Shown here piece after piece: positions 56,815-64,000 of a DNA stretch of 64,000 nucleotides (the first letter of the stretch is position 1; each line of letters opens with the position of its first letter). The DNA comes from Neocallimastix sp. 'constans' (lineage: Eukaryota). The notes beneath the pieces are model-generated. The model saw only the letters and a list, made by a program, of their open reading frames with translations. It searched no databases and was not told the DNA's origin. The translations under genes were made by a program, and so were the position numbers. The stretch lies in assembly GCA_050613775.1 (NCBI GenBank), contig JBODTK010000144.1, forward strand, positions 1 to 64,000, written 5' to 3'.

Positions 56815-57777
56815 TTTGCTTATATTTTGTTTTTATAAGTAATTACGTTATATATGTTTTAAATTTTTTATTTAAGTTTTATTTTATATTAATAATATAA
56901 CAAGATAATTTAAATTTGTAAAGATCTTAATTTTATGAAATATATGTAGAATATAAATTATATATAGAAAAATTTATTAGTTAAATAACTAATAAATTTT
57001 TGTATTTATATTTAAAAATCTAAATTAATTAAATATATGAATAAAAATAAATAAATATAAATAAATAAATAAATAACTAAATAAATAAATAAATAAATAA
57101 ATATAATTATTAAATAACTAAATAAATAAACAAATAAACAATAAATAAATAAATAAATATATAAATATACAAATAAATAAATAATTAATATAAAATGAAT
57201 AATAAAAAAATGATATTATGAGATAATAACTAAAACTTTAAATAATAAAATAATATATTTTTTATAAATTAAAAATTATAATATATAAAAAAAATAATTA
57301 GAAAAGAAAAAAAAAATAGAGATTAAAGTAATAAGATTTTTCTTAATTATTGAATTATTAATTTATTTATAATTATATACTTCATAATTTCTAAAAAATT
57401 TTTTATTAATTATTCTCTCTTTTTTATTTTATTTTATTTTATTTTATTTTATTTTATTTTTTCTAATAAAAAAAAATAGTTTACTTCTCTTAAAAATTTA
57501 TGTAATTATATTTCAATAAATGAAATATATAAATAAATATTTTTAACAATATTTATATTATATATATATATTTTTTCAGATATATTTAATTAAATAGTGT
57601 GATAGAAATTATAAAATAAACAAAATATATAATATATAATACAAAATAATAATAATAATAATATTAAAAATAAGAATAAAATTTAAAGTTTATTTTAATT
57701 ATTTAAGAATTGAAGAATTATTCTTAATTATATATATAAAGAAATAAAAAAAAAAAAAATAAAATAAAATATCGAAA

Positions 57778-58403
57778 ATGAGAAAATCAGGAGAATCAGA
57801 TAGAGAAAGCATTATTGCTTATGAAAAGGAAATAATAAACTCATTAACAAATTTGAAAGATAAAAGGTATAATTAATAATTTATATTATTAACATTAATA
57901 TTTTATGTAGTATTATTAACAATAAACTTTAAAATTTTACATTCATTAATATTTTATTTTATTTCTTCATTAATTTGTCATAATTATACTTTTAAATTAT
58001 ATATATTTAAATAATTTTTATATATATATACATTTTATTTTGTGTAGTGGAAGAAAGATTTCAGAATTATTTATTGAACTTCCATCAAAAGAGGTTTATT
58101 CAGATTATTATAAAATAATTAAAAACCCAATTTCCTTTTCTATTATAAATGTAACTTTCAAAGTATAATTATAAATAATAAATAAATATTTATTATCGTT
58201 ATTATATCTTTTTTAATATTAATAATAAATAGTGGATAAATTGATATTAACCATTGAATTCGATAAAAATGTTATACAAAGATTTTTTTTTTTTTTTAAT
58301 TTATAAAATAAAATTAAAATTATTCTAAAAATTTGTTAATATATATTTATTTAAATATTTATTTTATTAATAAATTTTAACTATATATAATACATTAAAA
58401 TGA

Positions 58404-58434
<31 letters not shown>

Positions 58435-61343
58435 TTATACAATATAATGAAAATCAATTTTTAAATATATGTAATAATAAATTTATAATTCAAATTTTAT
58501 AATTAAATATAAATAATAGAATAAAATAAAAAGAGGTGAATATCCAAATTTAGATAATCTTTATGAGGATTTGAAATTAATGCAAGAAAATGCTAATACT
58601 TATAATAAGAAGAATTCTATAGTGTGTAAAGATGCAGCTTTATTAGTGGTATAATTAAAATTTTGATATTATTTTAAGGAAAAAAATTTTATAATAAAGA
58701 TATCGAAATTGACTTTTATATATTTAAATTGTTTTGTTGGATAGAAAACATTTGAAAAAATGAAAAATGATTATGAAAGTAAATCTAATGATAATAACTC
58801 AAGAGATTTGGTATTTAAAATTATAAAATTTTTATAATTTTAACATTTAATTATTATTTTATGTTAAAATGAATATATAATGAATAATAAATCTTTATAT
58901 TTATAACTGAAAATAGAATGTTGAAGATATAAAAGGCCTTTTAAAATTAATAAAAAATTATAAGAACTCAAAGTAAGTAAAAATATATTAGTATTATAAA
59001 TATTAAAATTAAGAAATATATTGAATTTATTTTGTTCTAATATAAATATATTCATATTTATAATAGAGGAAAATTTATTGCTGATTCATTTCGTGAAATA
59101 CCAGATGAAGATGAATTTCCTGAATATTATGATAATGTCAAAAATATGCTATCAATAAAAATTATAAGAAAAAAATTAACTCAAAATGAATATCAAAGTT
59201 TTAAAGAGTTTAAAAAAGATTTTGAAACAATGATTTGGGATATTGTTAAGTATAGAAAGGATAAAGAACCTGAAATAGAAAAGGATGGAAAAGAAATATT
59301 GGTACATAGCTATAAATTTATTAATTAGTGTTGATTATTGATTATTGATTATTTTTATTATTATTATTATCATCGTCGTCATCATCATTATAGTTATATA
59401 TATTTGTTTAATTTATTATTAATTTTAATTATATTAATGTATTATTAATTAATAATCATATCGAAAATAATTATAAAAGAATTATTTTTCCGAAATATGT
59501 AAACCAACAGAGTCAGAAGGACTAAGTAATGATGCCACTTCAAAACAAAAACATTTGCAATCAATTATTCATAATTCAGAAACAATAAAAATTGGTGATT
59601 TTGTTCATATCGTTAATGAAAATGATAGTAGATATCCTTTAATTTTGCAAATATTTGATATGTGGATAGATGAAGAGTAATGATTAATGAATATATATAT
59701 ATATATATATATATGAAAATTATGATAACATAATTAAAATATTATTATTATTATTATTATTATTATTTATTATTATTATTATAATAAATATTATTATTAT
59801 TATCATCATTATCATCAATTTTAATTTATTATATATATATATAATAATAATAAATAAAACATCATAATATAAAAATAATATTAATTAATAAAAATGGAAC
59901 TTTTAAATAGTAATATAACTCGAATTCATGGTATTTGGTTTTTAATTCCAGAACAAACTATTTATCCCGCAAGTAAACGTTTTCTTGAAAATGAAGTATT
60001 TAGAACTACTCATTATGAAACATATACATTAGATAAGATTATCGATAAATGTTATGTATTATATTTAAAAGATTATTGTCGTGGATTTCCAAAAGGAAGT
60101 GAAAATAAGAAAGTTTATGTATGTGAATCAAGATATATTGAAACAGCTAAAACCACCACTAAAATCAAAAATTGGTCAATATCTATGCCATCTGGATATA
60201 AAGAGTTAGAAGATTCAGAAATAAATTTTCATAAAACTCCTCTTACACTTAAACGTTTTGTATTAATTACTCCAGAAAATAGTGATGTACCTATACGTGT
60301 TCCATATACACCAGAAGGAAATATTACTTTGAAACGTGGGGCAGGAGGTTTAGATTTAAGTAAATTTGATACCAGTATATTAGAAAATAGTATAAATAAA
60401 ATGAATTCTATAGATAATAACAAAGTAAGCAGAATATTAATTTTAAATAAATAGAAGTTAACATTGTTATTAACGATAATTATATTTATATATTTTTAAT
60501 GTATAATATTTAATTTAATAATTACAGACTTCTACTACAAGTAATACATTTTTTTATTTACTATTTTATATATATATATATATATTAAAATAATAATAAA
60601 ATAAAAAAAAAAAAATTATTAATTAAGGTTATATATTTTTTTTATTTACCTATTATAATTGTTAATATATTTAATTATTATTATTATTATTATTAACATA
60701 ATAGATAATAATAGCAATAATAATAATATTAGTAATAACAATATAAATAATAACAATAATATACAGCCTCAAGAATTATATAATAGAAAAAGATTAAATT
60801 CAAATGAAAATATTAATTCACCGTATAAAAGAAGAGCAACATCGGATAGATTAATAAATCAAAATCAAAATATGAATGGTAATATGAATCAAATACCAAT
60901 ACAACCAATGTACCAACAACATCCTATACCTAATAGTAATAATGTATATCAAAATAATAATATGAATTATCTTAATCGTAATAATTCTCAACTCTATTCC
61001 CAAAATAATATGAATAACAATGTGAATAATATGAATAATATGAATAACAATATGAGTAATATGAATAATATGAATAATAATATGAACAGTTATATGAATA
61101 ATAATATGAATAATAATATGAATAATAATATGAATAATAGTATGAATAACAATATGAATAATAATATAAACAATATCAATAATAATAATAAAAAAATAAA
61201 CTATAATTTAGATGGTAATATATATTTTGAAATATAATGATTAATTTAGCATTATAAATAGCTTATTATTAAATTGTTTTTTTTTAGTTAATATTAATTC
61301 ACATTTTATTTTCTTTTTTCTTTTTATATTTATTTGTTTATTT

Positions 61344-61386
<43 letters not shown>

Positions 61387-61943
61387 CATTTTATAAATTA
61401 TATTTAAAGATTTAAAAAAGAAATTAAAACATTCATTTTATTTGTCTTCTCCTCCAAATATTGAAATTGGTGAGAAACTTAAATTATATCATTCCGATGC
61501 TTATTTAGAATTTATAAAAAATAGAAAAGAGAAGGTAAAAACAAAACAAAAAACAAAATTAATACATAAAATAAAATAATATATATATATATATATTTAT
61601 TTTTTATTTTTATTTTTATTTAATTTTGAAAAAATATTTACTAAAAAATTTTATAAATATTCTTGTTAAAAAAAAATATTTAGGAACAATCACAAAATAA
61701 AAAAAATAATAAAAATAATTATTTTAAAGATATAAATAATTTATCATTAGCTATTAAGGGTAATATATTTATATTTTAATATAATATTTGTTAAAAAATA
61801 TTTATTGTATTAATAAAATTTATATTATTATTATTATTATTATTATTATTTTCGTTATTTATTAATTTGTGAATATTATACTAGGTTTAACAGAATTATG
61901 GAGTAATGAAGCTAAAATATTCAAATCAAGAATTAGTATATAA
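57778..61943 (+). CDS. RSC1/RSC2 (polybromo-like) chromatin remodelling subunit: two bromodomains, BAH domain, Asn-rich tract; multi-exon
   Basis: GRKISELFIELPSKEVYSDYYKIIKNPIS..ENANTYN (bromo 1); IADSFREIPDEDEFPEYYDNVKN (bromo 2); IGDFVHIVN..QIFDMW..GIWFLIPEQT..FLENEVFRT..VYVCESRY (BAH). 3' exons are less certain. Confidence 0.85.
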
Positions 61944-61994
61944 TAAAAAAAAATATTATAATTAATAATAAATTAAAAGTATAAATTATCTTTC

Positions 61995-62026
<32 letters not shown>

Positions 62027-62139
62027 ATTTTTTTTTTTAATTATATAGTATATATTATTAATATATATTATTAATTATAATTTTTTTTTATATAAATTAA
62101 GTAATGATAGTAATGATTTTAAATTTTAACCTTTTTTTA

Positions 62140-62170
<31 letters not shown>

Positions 62171-62461
62171 TCTATTAGTTTATATATAGTTATAATTATT
62201 TTCTTATGTATATCATATTTATTTAATTATATTGATAAATAAAAACATTGATATATTATAGAGATTGTTTTTATTAGTTTTATTTTAATTTTTTTTTTAA
62301 TTTTTTATTTTTTTTTTTATTTTTCATTATTATTATTATTTTATTTCTTTCTTTCTTTCTTTCTCTTTTTGGTTTATCTTATTTGTAAGAATTAAAAAAT
62401 TTTTAAAGTATTTTAGTATTTTAAGAAAAATAAAAATATATAAAATTGTATATGTTATTGG

Positions 62462-62464
<3 letters not shown>

Positions 62465-62516
<52 letters not shown>

Positions 62517-62532
62517 TAATAACAATAATAAC

Positions 62533-62600
<68 letters not shown>
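62465..62600. repeat. (AAAT)n/(AAT)n microsatellite
   Basis: Direct repeat. Confidence 0.9.
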
Positions 62601-62601
<1 letters not shown>

Positions 62602-62824
62602 TATTATTAAGAGTCAGGAATTTAGGGTTTATAATTATGTCAACGTTATTAATATATTTTATGTTTAAAAGTTACTAAGATATTTGTTTAAATTAAATTC
62701 TTTTATAATAATACATTATGATTTATACAGTAATTAGACTACATTACATTTTATTAAATTAATCTCATATTCAGATACTATTGGCATCATTCACATATTC
62801 TAAAAATAATAATAATAATAATTA

Positions 62825-62867
<43 letters not shown>

Positions 62868-63732
62868 TATTATTATATTATTACAATAATTTATTTAGTT
62901 ATTATATAAATATACATTTATTTATTAATTAGAATTATTCATAAACGAAATTCAACAAATTTTCATCTAAAGAATAAAATATTATTTTAGTATGAATCAT
63001 GAAACTATATCACATAAATTTAAGAATTATTTACATATACATGATTAATCTAATGATTTACATAGAAATATGCATTTACAAAATAATGTTAATTTCACAT
63101 TTTAAATCTAATTTTTACATAAATATTTATGATTTTTATGTAACAATATGCATTCACGTGGTATGCATTATAATATGTATTATTATTAAATAAATAAGCA
63201 ATAAATATCAATAATGATAATAATAATAATCTTATATAAAAAATTTAAAATAATTTTTTTTATTAGATTTTTATTTTAATATTTAAAAATTTTAAAATAT
63301 TTTTTATTAGATTTTTAATAATATTATTTAAAAAAAAATTGAATCCAATTTTTGATTGGGCAGAATTAAATAATCATTTATATGTATTTTTTTTAATTTT
63401 TTTTTTTTTTTTTTTTTTTTCATAATATATAATATTAATTTTATTTATTTATTCTATTATTAATTTTTTTTTATAATAAAAAATTTATTATTAATATTAA
63501 TTTTTAAAGAACAGTAATTGAAGTAACAATTTTAAAAGTGGTTTTATAATACTTTTAATATTTTTATTTTAATAACTTAATATACCACATAAATACATAA
63601 TTTAAATTTATTAAAAAAAAGAAAAAAAAAGGATAAAGGGAAAAATATATATATATATATTTTTATAATATATCAGATTCAATATAACATTTTGAAATTT
63701 CATCTTAATCATATATAATAATTAAAGTCAGC

Positions 63733-64000
63733 ATGGAAAAGAGAGACAGAGAATCTATGATAAATACTTTTTTACCCATATTACAAAAATCATTAGTTAC
63801 TAATGACCGAGAAATCTTTGATCAATGTATGGAAATTAAAAATAAAAAAATTATAATTGGAATAGTAAAGAAATTATTAAAGACTGAAATAAATTCTTTA
63901 ACAAAAAAATTAATTACTTCAATTGAAAAAGAACCAACTAGAGGAAATGCACCAGAATGGTTAAGAATAACATTATTAATACATGCTCCAATATTATTGA
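63733..64000 (+). CDS. Partial ORF with Dip2/Utp12-like domain (UTP5/WDR43 C-terminal type), runs off window
   Basis: MEKRDRESMINTFLPILQKSLVTNDREIFDQCMEIKNKKIIIGIVKKL...EPTRGNAPEWLRITLLIHAPILL resembles the L.Q.L..ND.....I...V.KL...P.R....WL...L..HA pattern; open to the window end. Confidence 0.55.
   Translation, partial: MEKRDRESMINTFLPILQKSLVTNDREIFDQCMEIKNKKIIIGIVKKLLKTEINSLTKKLITSIEKEPTRGNAPEWLRITLLIHAPILL

Overview
Extremely AT-rich, intron-containing eukaryotic DNA. Composition, long homopolymers, a flagellar gene, ankyrin arrays and a bacterial-type intronless gene point to an anaerobic gut fungus (Neocallimastigomycota); this is an inference. Host genes: CCDC96/CFAP184-like (-), SAM-domain STE11/BCK1-type MAP3K (+), MAK16 (-), CTDSPL2-like phosphatase (+), frameshifted ankyrin-repeat gene (+), bacterial-type MFS transporter (-), NADP-glutamate dehydrogenase (+), small Cys-rich ORF (-), FAM50/XAP5 (-), RSC1/2-like bromo-bromo-BAH protein (+) and a partial Utp12-domain ORF (+). 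Mobile DNA includes a nest at 32-44 kb (MULE transposase, composite TTTTA satellite, full-length Ty1/Copia with TG..TA LTRs and TATTC TSD, and a tRNA-SINE inside the Copia gag-pol), a second tRNA-SINE family, and LINE, Copia and Gypsy remnants. Best leads: (1) a ~33-nt stem-loop with compensatory base changes shared by two SINE families, a poly(A)-tailed retroposon and a LINE 3' end; (2) a Copia primer-binding site complementary to the anticodon arm of tRNA-Lys(CUU), implying half-tRNA priming; (3) a tRNA-headed SINE with encoded CCA, an oligo-T rather than poly(A) end, and one copy with a 154-bp 5' extension. Exon structures were read by eye and no database searches were run.
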